From a virus (lineage: Duplodnaviria > Caudoviricetes), in the IMG/VR virus record IMGVR_UViG_3300028805_000057, positions 83,895 to 147,894 of that record: a stretch of DNA of 64,000 nucleotides. One strand, written 5' to 3'. Positions 17,272-27,152 of the stretch are shown piece after piece. The notes below the pieces were generated by a model that saw only the letters and a program-made list of their open reading frames with translations, was not told where the DNA came from and made no database searches. Positions within the stretch are counted from its first letter, which is position 1; every line of letters begins with the position of its first letter. The translations under genes were made by a program, and so were the position numbers.

Positions 17272-20200
17272 ATGAAACCGGTTTATTACAAGAAAAATGG
17301 TGTGGTTAATAAGGTGGCTGGTGTATCAGTACCAATCCCTTATCCTGCAGATGATGTTAGTTATGATAATACTACAAGTCAATTAGAAGCAACTGATGTA
17401 CAGTCTGCAATTGATGAATTAAGTCAAAAAGAAGCAGGTGTTCAGTCAGACTGGAATGAAACTGATAATACAAAATTAGATTATATCAAGAACAAACCTA
17501 CTATTCCTGATCCACAAATTCAGTCAGATTGGACGCAGTCAGATGATACAGCAAAAGATTTTATAAAGAATAAACCTAGTATTCCAGCAGCTCAGATACA
17601 ATCTGATTGGTCACAGTCAGATAACACACAATTAGATTACATTAAAAACAAACCAAGTAATTTAGTACAAGATGCTTCTTATGTACATACGGATAATAAT
17701 TATACATCTACAGAGAAGACAAAACTTGGAACTATTGCAGAAGGTGCAGAAGTAAATGTACAATCTGATTGGAACCAAACTGATACTGATGCTGACGATT
17801 TCATTAAGAACAAACCCACTATTCCTGATGCTCAAATACAGTCAGACTGGAATCAGACAAGTGGTACAGCAAAAGATTTCATCAAGAATAAACCTACATT
17901 AGGAACTGCAAGTGCTTTAGACGTAGCAACTAGTGGCGATGCAAGTTCTTCACAGGTTGTAAAGGGTGATGATTCTAGATTAACAGATGCAAGAACACCT
18001 ATAAGTCATACTCACACATTATCTGAAATCACCGATGCTGGTACTGCAGCAAGTAAGAATAGCACAAGTTCAGTCACAGCAGGATCTACAGACTTAGTAG
18101 AATCAGGAGCTGTCAAGACTGCTATAGATAATGCTGTATCAGGTGCTTATAAACATGCAGGTACTAAAACTTGTGCAGAATTGATTTCCAGTCTTCTGAT
18201 CGCAAGTAATAATGGTAATGTATATAATATTACAGATAGTGGCACCACAACATCAGACTTTATAGAGGGTGCAGGAATCCCTATAAGAGCTGGCGACAAT
18301 GTTGGTATTGCTAAAATTAGTGATAGTATATACAAATTTGATTTGTTAAGTGGTTTCATCGACACAAGTAATTTTGTTACTAAATCATCTACAAGTGGTT
18401 TAATAAAGAATGATGGAAGTATCGATACAACTGAATATGCTCCCGCTAGTTCTATACCAGCTGCTCAGATACAGTCGGATTGGAGTCAATCAGATAATAC
18501 AAAATTAGATTATATCAAGAATAAACCTACATTAGGTACGGCGGCTGCTAAGAATGTTCCTGTAAGTGGTAATGCTAGTACTTCGGAAGTTGTTTTAGGA
18601 AATGATAGCAGACTTACTGATGCTAGAAATGCTGCTGATGTTTACGAATGGGCTAAAGCTAGTGCAAAACCCAGTTATACCAAATCGGAAGTTGGTTTAG
18701 GTAATGTAGATAATACAAGTGATTCTACCAAAAAGAGTAATTTTACTGGAAGCATTGCAAGTGAAAATATGGGCTTTGTTACAGGTGGTGATGCTTATAC
18801 TGCATTAAATGGTAAAGTAGATAAAGTAGATGGCAAAGATTTATCATCTAATGATTATACTACTACTGAAAAGAATAAACTAGCTGGTATTGCAAGTGGA
18901 GCAGAGGTTAATGTACAATCTGACTGGAATCAGACTAATACTTCTTCAGATGATTACATCAAGAACAAACCATCAAACTTAGTACAAGATGATTCTTATG
19001 TACATACAGATAATAACTACACTACTACAGAGAAAAATAAATTAGCCGGTATCGCATCTGGAGCAGAAGTAAATGTACAGTCAGATTGGAATCAAACTAC
19101 TACAGGTTCTGATGACTATATCAAGAATAAACCCACTAAACTCTCACAATTTACAAATGACAGCGGTTTCACAAAAGTTGAATCAAGTACTACAAACGGA
19201 AACATCAAAATAGATACCGTTGAAACCCAAGTATACGATGATAGTGAGATACAGAATTTAGTAGACACTTCCTTAACCGAAACAGAGTATGCTAACCCTC
19301 TTAGTCTAACAACTGATAATGCTCAAAACGCTGTTGATACTAAGATAAAGATAGAACCAATACAAGATCTTCACGGATATGATAAACCTTGGGTAGGTGG
19401 TGCAGGGAAGAATAAACTTGAAATTACTTCAATAACTAAAATCTCTGGTGGCATAACATTTACAGTTGTAAAAGATGATGCTAATAATATTACAAAAATC
19501 AATATTAAAGGTTTATCTACTGCAGAAACATATTATCTTTTAAATAATCAATCTTTAGAAAACGGAGAATATGAGGTATCTGGTGGTGCTGAAGTAGGTA
19601 AATACTTTATATATGTAAATGGTAATAAAATAGGTGGAGGACAAACTTCACTTGCAGTCACTTTATCAAACACAAGATTTACTGTTGATAGTTCATTATA
19701 TACAAGTTATGATGTTGGTATTGGTGTATTTAACAATGTAAACTTAAATGCTGGGTATGACTTATATCCAATGATTCGTTTAGCTTCAGAAAGTAATACT
19801 TTTGCTCCTTACTCTAATATATGCCCCATCTCCGGTCATGATCAAATTGACATTTTAGGGTGCGGTGTAAACATCTGGAATGAAGAATGGGAACTTGGTG
19901 ATTACAGTAGCACAAACGGCGAACCGGTATCTGATAGTAATAGATTACGTAGTAAATCTACTGATTACATTCGCATTGCACCTTCTGCTGGTTATATTAA
20001 AGTTGGCAATGGTACAGTAAAAGCGTACCTCTGTTTCTATGATAAAAACAAAGCACATCTGTCAAGCATTACAGCAAACGGTGTATTTAGTATTCCGCAG
20101 AATGCCGAGTATATGCGGTTCTGTTTAGAGAGAACATATGGAACAACATATAACAATGACATTATTATAGCATTAGGTAGTGATGCCATTCCCTACTCCC

Positions 20201-20850
20201 CCTACCAATCCTCCAACAACCTTTCTCTCGCCCTCCCCTCAACTGTCTATGGAGGAGTGCTTGATTTAGAGAGTAGTGAGTTACAAGTTACTCATAAAGT
20301 AAGATTGTTAACAAATTCAGATACTTGGTATATTGATGCTAGGTGGAATAATTGTTTTTATACTGCATGGACACGAGATGGTTATGCTCCGTCTAGATTT
20401 GGTTTAGACGCGATATCATCTCAATATCATTCTATAACTGGGGATGTAGAAGAATTACAAAATGGTGATTTCATATATGATAGTTCTGTAATTTCTGGTT
20501 CAAATAATTCTATGGTAGTAAAAAATGAAAAATATACTACTGTTAATGAATTTAAAGATAGTTTAACTAATAATCCAATTCAAATCTGTTACGAACTAGC
20601 AACCCCTACAACCATCCACCTCACCCCTTCACAACTCTACTTACTAAAAAATCAAAACAATCTCACAACATCACAATACACACAAATTAAAGTAATATAC
20701 AGAAATGGCATCTTTGCTTTATTAGATCCAGCTACAGAAACAACTGATGGACTGATGAGTGCAATGGACAAAGTAAAATTGGATAGCATAAATACAGAGA
20801 ATGTATCACTCGATCTCTTATCACATGCTATTGTTTTACAAAGGATATAA
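17272..20850 (+). CDS. Tail fibre protein with QSDW..YIKNKP repeats and C-terminal receptor-binding module
   Basis: Eight QSDWxQxD...D(Y/F)IKNKP repeats; VGLGNVDNT, KVDKVDGK.LS.NDYT..EK.KL fibre motifs; IEPIQDLHGY.KPWVGGAGKN module. Confidence 0.85.
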   Translation: MKPVYYKKNGVVNKVAGVSVPIPYPADDVSYDNTTSQLEATDVQSAIDELSQKEAGVQSDWNETDNTKLDYIKNKPTIPDPQIQSDWTQSDDTAKDFIKNKPSIPAAQIQSDWSQSDNTQLDYIKNKPSNLVQDASYVHTDNNYTSTEKTKLGTIAEGAEVNVQSDWNQTDTDADDFIKNKPTIPDAQIQSDWNQTSGTAKDFIKNKPTLGTASALDVATSGDASSSQVVKGDDSRLTDARTPISHTHTLSEITDAGTAASKNSTSSVTAGSTDLVESGAVKTAIDNAVSGAYKHAGTKTCAELISSLLIASNNGNVYNITDSGTTTSDFIEGAGIPIRAGDNVGIAKISDSIYKFDLLSGFIDTSNFVTKSSTSGLIKNDGSIDTTEYAPASSIPAAQIQSDWSQSDNTKLDYIKNKPTLGTAAAKNVPVSGNASTSEVVLGNDSRLTDARNAADVYEWAKASAKPSYTKSEVGLGNVDNTSDSTKKSNFTGSIASENMGFVTGGDAYTALNGKVDKVDGKDLSSNDYTTTEKNKLAGIASGAEVNVQSDWNQTNTSSDDYIKNKPSNLVQDDSYVHTDNNYTTTEKNKLAGIASGAEVNVQSDWNQTTTGSDDYIKNKPTKLSQFTNDSGFTKVESSTTNGNIKIDTVETQVYDDSEIQNLVDTSLTETEYANPLSLTTDNAQNAVDTKIKIEPIQDLHGYDKPWVGGAGKNKLEITSITKISGGITFTVVKDDANNITKINIKGLSTAETYYLLNNQSLENGEYEVSGGAEVGKYFIYVNGNKIGGGQTSLAVTLSNTRFTVDSSLYTSYDVGIGVFNNVNLNAGYDLYPMIRLASESNTFAPYSNICPISGHDQIDILGCGVNIWNEEWELGDYSSTNGEPVSDSNRLRSKSTDYIRIAPSAGYIKVGNGTVKAYLCFYDKNKAHLSSITANGVFSIPQNAEYMRFCLERTYGTTYNNDIIIALGSDAIPYSPYQSSNNLSLALPSTVYGGVLDLESSELQVTHKVRLLTNSDTWYIDARWNNCFYTAWTRDGYAPSRFGLDAISSQYHSITGDVEELQNGDFIYDSSVISGSNNSMVVKNEKYTTVNEFKDSLTNNPIQICYELATPTTIHLTPSQLYLLKNQNNLTTSQYTQIKVIYRNGIFALLDPATETTDGLMSAMDKVKLDSINTENVSLDLLSHAIVLQRI

Positions 20851-20930
20851 AATAATATGAACGAACATCGTGAGTACATCAGTTTTGTGTAACAAAAGTG
20901 TACATTGAACGAAGTGAGATGTCCGTACAA

Positions 20931-21062
20931 TAACTCGGTGGCGGAATAGGTAGACGCTTAGTCCAAGGTATGCGACAGATCTACATAATGAAACGTGGAT
21001 TCAAGACATTATGATGGAGATACTAAGATACTATACAGGTGTGCAAATCCCTGTCCGAGTTA
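20931..21062 (+). ncRNA. tRNA-like element 2
   Basis: Same taactcgg/ccgagtta acceptor, TGGCGGAATAGGTAGACGC D arm, ACAGG-TGTGCAAATC-CCTGT T-like arm; ~75 nt extended stem (cttagt/actaag) in place of anticodon arm. Confidence 0.75.
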
Positions 21063-21090
21063 TAGATTTTTTAACAGAAAGGAGACAATT

Positions 21091-24000
21091 ATGTCACAGG
21101 ATTACTTAGACAAACTCATAGAAAAAGACGAAACGGGGACTCAAATACAGTCTATCCCGTTACATGATACAGAGTTACGAGGGATTACTATAGACGACCC
21201 TATCACAGTCGAAGGTAATCCAATCAATTTCTCCACAAAGAATGAACAAAATGCTATTCAAACAGTGGTTGACTTAGAACCTATACAAGACCTTCATGGA
21301 TATAGTAAACCCTGGGTTGGAGGAGCGGGGAAGAATTTGTTGCCTTTAACTATTGAGGGGATAAAGAGTGCTAATAGTGGGGCTACTTGGATAGGAAATT
21401 CCACAGTTTTAGCAAATGTGACAGTTACGATAGTTACAGACAATGATAATAATGTAATAGGAATAAAATTTAATGGTACTGCCAATTCAAATATTTTATT
21501 ATTTACCCAATCAGTTTACATAAATGGTAATTATACTATATCTGGATGTCCGTCTGGTGGTAGTAATGGAACTTATAGATTAGATGTTCGTAACGCATCA
21601 AACAGTTCTGTTATAATAGAAGAATATGGCACTGCAAAACAATTTACATACGAAGGAAATGTCATAGGTCTTATTAGAATAGCAAACGGAACAAATGTAA
21701 ATAATTTAATTTATATTCCTCAATTAGAAGTGGGAGATACTAAAACTACTTTTGCTCCCTACACCAACATCTGCCCCATCCTCCCTCACGAGGAAATCAA
21801 AATAGGGGGATGCGGGAAGAATTTGATTGATACCAATTCTGCAACGCAAGGAAAAGATATAAATTCCAGCGGAGAAATTGTAAATGCTTCAGATACACAT
21901 TATGTTACTGATTATATTCCAGTAATCGAAACAAAGACTTTGCATCAAAACAGAATAGGTAATTGGGCAGCGATCGGAAATGCTTTTTATGATAAGAACA
22001 AAAACTTTTTATCATTTATAAGCGGCGAATATCTAATTTCACATAATTTGAATTTTACTGTTCCTGAAAATGCAAAATATGTAAGATGCACTATTACAGA
22101 TCCTATTAATACGATGCAACTCGAATACGGAACTTCAGAAACATCTTATACCGCTTACAAACAATCCAACTCCCTCACTCTCCCCCTCCCCGAGGATATA
22201 TACGGCGGAACCCTGAACCTGGAGACTGGGGAGATGAGGGTAGAGAAGAAGATTGCCGATTTTGGTAATTTTACTTGGTATTATGATTCTAGCAGATCAG
22301 TTATGTCTTCTAATCAAATAACGGATACTGCAATTGGAAGCGGTGTAAATGCTAATTTTATTAATACGGCATTTGAACGAAATGATGTTGCTATTGCATC
22401 TATGCCAAATAATACTAGTAAAATTACAAATGGATATTTTTATGTAAAGACTAATTTATGGACTGATGATTCAGTATTTAAGACTACTATGACAGGTCAA
22501 AAACTAGTCTATGAACTCGCTGATTCTTACAAATATACCATCCAACTAACCCCTCATCAACTTAAACTCTTTAAAGATGTTAATAATCTGAACTCATCAG
22601 ACTATACAACTTTAAATGTAACCTACCATTCTAACTCAATTGCATCCCTAGCACCAGCTACTGATACGACTGATGGTCTCTTAACAGCTATGGATAAGCG
22701 TGCCCTCGACCGTACTGAAGAAATCATCGAAGGTAACCCTATAGCATTCGAGACCGAGTCCACTCAAGTGGCAAAATCGACTATTGTAGATATTGAACCT
22801 ATACAGGACTTACATGGATATTCTAAGCCATGGGTTGGGGGAGCTGGGAAGAATTTGTTACCGATGACAGTTGATGATATAAAAAATATTTCTACTAATA
22901 CAGGTACGTGGGACAATAATGTTTATACAAAAAATGATATAACATTTACTTTTATACAAGATTCTGATAATAATGTTACTGGTATTAAAATTAATGGAAC
23001 ACCAACTTCTGATACATTTCTTTATTTTCCTTCAATTAATGCAAATGGCTCATATAAACTAAATGGTTGTCCTTCTGGAGGAGAATATGTCAAGTATAAT
23101 ATATCAACAAAAGTTGATGGTGCATGGACAACTACAAGTTATGATTATGGATCGGGTGCAAATATTACAGCAACCTCTTCTATAGAAATTGCTATAACTA
23201 TAAAAGTTGCTGTAACTAACCAAATGTGGTATCCTATGATACGCTTATCAACTGTAACAGACTCAACCTTTGAACCTTATACCAACATAGCATCTATCTC
23301 TGGTAGGTCTGCTATTACTGTTGATGTTTGTGGAAAGAATCTTGTAGACGTTAATAATATTAAACGCATACATCCAAAAACTGGTGATATAAATGATAAA
23401 TGGATAACTTTTGATCAGTATATTCCATATGTTCCTGATGTTAGTTATGTCTTTACTTCGATTATAGGAATATCGACAGTATACGCCATGTCTTTAAATG
23501 TATATGATTCTGATTTTAATTATATAGTTGAAGAAGCCAAGATTAATATTAATCCTAATAATATATCGTTTAGTATAGCAAATAAAGAAGGAAGTTATGT
23601 AAAAATTGGTTTCTACCATTCTAGTTCTTTATCTGGCTACACAATGACTAATCCTCTTTTATGCCCTACAAGTAATACAGATGGAGTATATACCCCTTAC
23701 CAGCAATCCACCTCTCTCCAAATCCAACTTGACGAGACTGTCTATGGTGGTCAATTAGATGTTGAAAATGGAGTTTTAGTGGTAGATAGGGAAATGAAGG
23801 TGTATGATGGAACTAATTATACTCCAACTGACCATTATACTGGAAATATTTATGTGAATATTGAAAATACTGCGAAATATAAACCAAGTAACGAAGATTT
23901 GTGGATGTCGTGTAATTGTGCGAAATGGGTAGCTAATGACATAACGACAAGAGGTAGTTATTGTTATAATGGTTCGCTAGGTGCATACTTCACTAAAAAT

Positions 24001-24258
24001 TCAACTTTTGCATCAGCAAGTGATTTTGCAGCCTATGCACTTAACAACAATATTCAAATGGTAATACCAATTCTTACCCCTACTACAATCTCTCTAACAC
24101 CCGAGCAAGTAAAATTATTATCAGGTGTTAACACTATTACAACCAATGCTGATAAGATTACATTAACTTATCGTAATGGTTCTGTAGCAACATTAAATGA
24201 TTTGGAATCTCTGTATGCTAAACTTAAAGCATACATTGATTCTCTACATTCTAGTTAA
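21091..24258 (+). CDS. Tail fibre / receptor-binding protein with two tandem IEPIQDLHGY..GGAGKN modules
   Basis: AAAGGAG RBS supports ATG 21091 rather than 20995; two copies of the module seen once in 17272..20850. Confidence 0.8.
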   Translation: MSQDYLDKLIEKDETGTQIQSIPLHDTELRGITIDDPITVEGNPINFSTKNEQNAIQTVVDLEPIQDLHGYSKPWVGGAGKNLLPLTIEGIKSANSGATWIGNSTVLANVTVTIVTDNDNNVIGIKFNGTANSNILLFTQSVYINGNYTISGCPSGGSNGTYRLDVRNASNSSVIIEEYGTAKQFTYEGNVIGLIRIANGTNVNNLIYIPQLEVGDTKTTFAPYTNICPILPHEEIKIGGCGKNLIDTNSATQGKDINSSGEIVNASDTHYVTDYIPVIETKTLHQNRIGNWAAIGNAFYDKNKNFLSFISGEYLISHNLNFTVPENAKYVRCTITDPINTMQLEYGTSETSYTAYKQSNSLTLPLPEDIYGGTLNLETGEMRVEKKIADFGNFTWYYDSSRSVMSSNQITDTAIGSGVNANFINTAFERNDVAIASMPNNTSKITNGYFYVKTNLWTDDSVFKTTMTGQKLVYELADSYKYTIQLTPHQLKLFKDVNNLNSSDYTTLNVTYHSNSIASLAPATDTTDGLLTAMDKRALDRTEEIIEGNPIAFETESTQVAKSTIVDIEPIQDLHGYSKPWVGGAGKNLLPMTVDDIKNISTNTGTWDNNVYTKNDITFTFIQDSDNNVTGIKINGTPTSDTFLYFPSINANGSYKLNGCPSGGEYVKYNISTKVDGAWTTTSYDYGSGANITATSSIEIAITIKVAVTNQMWYPMIRLSTVTDSTFEPYTNIASISGRSAITVDVCGKNLVDVNNIKRIHPKTGDINDKWITFDQYIPYVPDVSYVFTSIIGISTVYAMSLNVYDSDFNYIVEEAKININPNNISFSIANKEGSYVKIGFYHSSSLSGYTMTNPLLCPTSNTDGVYTPYQQSTSLQIQLDETVYGGQLDVENGVLVVDREMKVYDGTNYTPTDHYTGNIYVNIENTAKYKPSNEDLWMSCNCAKWVANDITTRGSYCYNGSLGAYFTKNSTFASASDFAAYALNNNIQMVIPILTPTTISLTPEQVKLLSGVNTITTNADKITLTYRNGSVATLNDLESLYAKLKAYIDSLHSS

Positions 24259-24282
24259 TAAAAAAATGTTAATCATCCTCTC

Positions 24283-24321
24283 ATTATATAACACTATAAG
24301 TTAGTGAAGTATAATGGGAGG
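24283..24321. promoter_or_regulatory. Palindromic divergent promoter pair (CAC-N15-TATAAT on both strands)
   Basis: + strand CAC 24292, TATAAT 24310-24315 then GGGAGG; - strand CAC 24306, TATAAT 24288-24283. Confidence 0.5.
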
Positions 24322-24360
24322 AATTTTTATGAATAATAAAAAAAATCAGGAGGAATCAAA

Positions 24361-24717
24361 ATGATTATAGTAGATAAACAGGAAATAACTTTAACTAGAG
24401 GTGATACAGCATATCTACGCTTTATTCCTCTTGTCAAAGATTATCAAACTAATACATGGGTTGAAAAGATATTAGAGGAAGGTGATAGAGCTTTTTTCCG
24501 CATTAAGACAAATGCAGCAACCGTATTAGAGAAAGAATGTTTAGTTGAAATTGAAAATAATAAAGTAAGATTAACAATAGATCCGGAAGATACAATTCCT
24601 TTAGACTTCAAGACATATTACTACGAAGTCGAATTAGTTACGAATCTTGATGAACACTTTACATTTATTGCTCATCAAAGATTTACAGTAGGAAAGGAGG
24701 AAGAACTACATGGCTAA
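24361..24717 (+). CDS. Baseplate/upper-baseplate Ig-like (BppU-N-like) protein
   Basis: ITLTRGDTA..., IDPEDT..L...YYYEVEL motif; tail-fibre region. Confidence 0.6.
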   Translation: MIIVDKQEITLTRGDTAYLRFIPLVKDYQTNTWVEKILEEGDRAFFRIKTNAATVLEKECLVEIENNKVRLTIDPEDTIPLDFKTYYYEVELVTNLDEHFTFIAHQRFTVGKEEELHG

Positions 24718-25096
24718 TCTTGGTGGTAGTAGAGGATTAGTTCAGGCTGAATTTGAGATAAGTGGTGAAGTACAGAAGACTGATGGTTCTTTGTATGTTG
24801 CAGTCATCTCAAAGACTAAAGCTGAATGGGCAGCAATTCCTCAATTTATGTCTAAAAATAGAGTAATCTATGTTTATAGTGATTATAGACAGGAATTCGA
24901 TGCAACTACTGGCAAAGTAATCAATATTCCAGGAGTCAAAATAGGTGATGGTGTATCATATGTTATAGATTTACCATTTATGACAGAACCGGTTACTCAA
25001 GCAGATATTGACCGATGGAATTCAAATGTTGGTCTGGACGCAAGAGTTGATGAAGAAAATCATAATCTGATATTCTTTTATGGAACAGAAGAATAA
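24710..25096 (+). CDS. Tail-fibre-associated protein (Mtd-N/hyaluronidase-like N-terminal motif)
   Basis: TKAEW...IYVYSD...VKIGDG....DLPF. Confidence 0.6.
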   Translation: MANLGGSRGLVQAEFEISGEVQKTDGSLYVAVISKTKAEWAAIPQFMSKNRVIYVYSDYRQEFDATTGKVINIPGVKIGDGVSYVIDLPFMTEPVTQADIDRWNSNVGLDARVDEENHNLIFFYGTEE

Positions 25097-25118
25097 TTAA
25101 TATATGGAGGAACATATC

Positions 25119-25658
25119 ATGGCAAATTCTATTCTTTATACAATAACAATGCCCAACGGACATACATATGATCTTGGAGATGCATATGCAAGAGAATTAA
25201 TAAAAGAATTATTAAACTTTCATGAATGGCTTGGAATCACTACAAGTCCTATAGAAGATGGCGATACAACAAATCCCATTTTAATTAATGGAGTAGAAGT
25301 TACAGCTGTAGCAGGTGATGTTGTTTCAAGAAGTACTGATCATGAAGATTTTGTAATGTCAAGTAGCGGTGTATGGCAGTCATTTGGTCACCTTTCAGGC
25401 TTAGGTGCATTGGCATTCAAAGATACTGCAAGTGGATCATACACTCCTCAGGGTTCTATTAGCGGAACAACATTAGGTACAAAATCAATAAGTCAGGTAA
25501 CTAATACTGGTACAATGCCTACATTTACAGTGCAGGGTACTAACTTAGTTATCACGGGTGGTACTGAACCTACAATTGAGAGTACTACAGTTGCTGATGG
25601 CACAGTTGCAACAGAAGGTACATTCACTGGTACACCGGCTACAATTACTGTTTCTTAA
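25119..25658 (+). CDS. Thr/Gly-rich tail-associated structural protein
   Basis: GGAGG RBS before ATG 25119; LGALAFKDTASGSYTPQGS, FTGTPATITVS. Confidence 0.65.
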   Translation: MANSILYTITMPNGHTYDLGDAYARELIKELLNFHEWLGITTSPIEDGDTTNPILINGVEVTAVAGDVVSRSTDHEDFVMSSSGVWQSFGHLSGLGALAFKDTASGSYTPQGSISGTTLGTKSISQVTNTGTMPTFTVQGTNLVITGGTEPTIESTTVADGTVATEGTFTGTPATITVS

Positions 25659-25695
25659 AATATTTAAAGAAAATACCAAAAGGAGGTACACATAA

Positions 25696-26109
25696 ATGCC
25701 TAATCCTATTCTTGACAAGATAACGGTTGACGATATAGAATATGATCTTGTCGGTAATGGTGGTGGTCATGTCATTGAGAAATCTGATGGAACTGATATG
25801 ACCCAGAGATCAAATCTGCAGTTTGTTGATGCTCAATTAACAGATGATTCAACAAATGATAGAACTAAAGTAGAAAATGTAAAAATAATTCAAAATGAGA
25901 GTGAATTAGCAAATCTTCCTGATGGTATTTATATGGGAGCTCAAGATGAAGCAATTCCATTTTCATTTGAAGCTGAAGATATAAGTTATGATAATACTAC
26001 AAGTCAACTTACAGCAACTAATGTACAGGCTGCTATTGATGAATTAAGTCAGGATGTGCAGAATCTGACTGATTTACTTATGAAACTTATTAATAATTTA
26101 AGTAGCTAA
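25696..26109 (+). CDS. Tail-associated protein sharing a fibre trimerisation-type motif with 17272 gene
   Basis: SYDNTTSQL.AT.VQ.AIDELSQ occurs here and at N-terminus of 17272..20850, also similar at DNA level. Confidence 0.65.
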   Translation: MPNPILDKITVDDIEYDLVGNGGGHVIEKSDGTDMTQRSNLQFVDAQLTDDSTNDRTKVENVKIIQNESELANLPDGIYMGAQDEAIPFSFEAEDISYDNTTSQLTATNVQAAIDELSQDVQNLTDLLMKLINNLSS

Positions 26110-26112
26110 AAC

Positions 26113-26168
26113 TAAAAAAAAGATAGGCTTAAACAGCCACACGATTACTGTATCTAAGTCTATCTTTT
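26113..26168. terminator. Probable bidirectional terminator
   Basis: A-run-agataggcttaaacag...ctgtatctaagtctatct-T-run. Confidence 0.65.
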
Positions 26169-26245
26169 GATTTTTACCCATTATCTCTTTCTCCCATTAT
26201 ATAAAACTAAATTTTAGCGATATGTAATGAGAGGAGATTATCAAA

Positions 26246-26395
26246 ATGGATAGAAATACTGAAATACCTTTAGATGAAATTATAGAGTTAATGTTAAATG
26301 CTGAAAGTGATGAAGAGTATGAATTATACAAAGCATATTACTATGAGCATTACATTAAACCTAATAAGAAATCTAAAGACAAAAATGTATGTTAA
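26246..26395 (+). CDS. Hypothetical acidic protein, 49 aa (not in ORF track)
   Basis: GAGGAG RBS; MDRNTEIPLDEIIELMLNAE... Confidence 0.55.
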   Translation: MDRNTEIPLDEIIELMLNAESDEEYELYKAYYYEHYIKPNKKSKDKNVC

Positions 26396-26412
26396 ACCCC
26401 TTAACATAACAC

Positions 26413-26474
26413 AATTGCTCAAGAAATGGATATGGCCATTATGTACCAAGGGTTCGATTCCCTCTTGAGTAATT
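26413..26474 (+). ncRNA. Minimal tRNA-like element (closing stem + T arm)
   Basis: aattgctcaa/ttgagtaatt stem enclosing aatgg/ccatt hairpin and AGGG-TTCGATT-CCCT T arm. Confidence 0.55.
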
Positions 26475-26676
26475 AACTCTATAGATAGTAGTCTTGTAGT
26501 ATGAAATGAAGATGAGAATAACTTAGTATTAAGTACAAAGACATTTGATGTATAGGAGTGCTATTTATAGAGTTCAAATATAACCATTTGGAGAAAGGTT
26601 TAGGTGATGATCTAAATACTTACCAAATGGTTTATTTGTTGGCACTGTTAATATTTTATATTAGGAGGAAAAAACT

Positions 26677-26949
26677 ATGAAAATGCCAAAACTTCCAGAC
26701 TCGGTATATAATTGGCTTAAGTGGATTTCGCTTATAGCTTTACCGTTGTTCTCAACTTTCTTATCTACGATTTTATCTGCTTTAAGTGTAGATCCAAACA
26801 CGATTAGAATAATTTGCACAATTTTAAATGCAACTGCGGCATTAATTGGCGGTTTAATTGGTGTTTCTACAATCAGATATAATCATGAAAAAGATGAAGC
26901 CAATAAGATATTCGAACAGCAGAATATCACAAATGGTGATACAAAATGA
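26677..26949 (+). CDS. Holin (Dp-1-like), copy 1
   Basis: VYNWLKWISLIALP, two hydrophobic helices, GLIGVST..YN; upstream of endolysin. Confidence 0.8.
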   Translation: MKMPKLPDSVYNWLKWISLIALPLFSTFLSTILSALSVDPNTIRIICTILNATAALIGGLIGVSTIRYNHEKDEANKIFEQQNITNGDTK

Positions 26950-27152
26950 ACCCTGTGATACAGACGTTTGCTGGACTCTTGTTATTACTTATTTTACTAT
27001 TAGTAATGTCAGCTATAGCAAGAGTCAGCGAACAGTTTGAAAATGATAGAAAGGAGGACAAAGATGACAACTCTCGAGGTAGGGAAAACATACAAAAACA
27101 TACAAAGCGGAAGGACAGTAGTGATTCTGGGAAGACTGGACACTCTGGCTAA
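26946..27152 (+). CDS. Small membrane protein
   Basis: ATGA overlap with holin; N-terminal hydrophobic helix and charged tail. Confidence 0.45.
   Translation: MNPVIQTFAGLLLLLILLLVMSAIARVSEQFENDRKEDKDDNSRGRENIQKHTKRKDSSDSGKTGHSG

Noticed and set aside
17112-21062. Functional tRNA-Leu/Ser genes
   Set aside because: No 5-bp stem/7-nt anticodon loop can be assigned; inserts are too short for group I introns. Reported as tRNA-like instead.
20995-21090. N-terminal extension of the second fibre gene given in the ORF track
   Set aside because: Overlaps the tRNA-like element; RBS supports ATG 21091.
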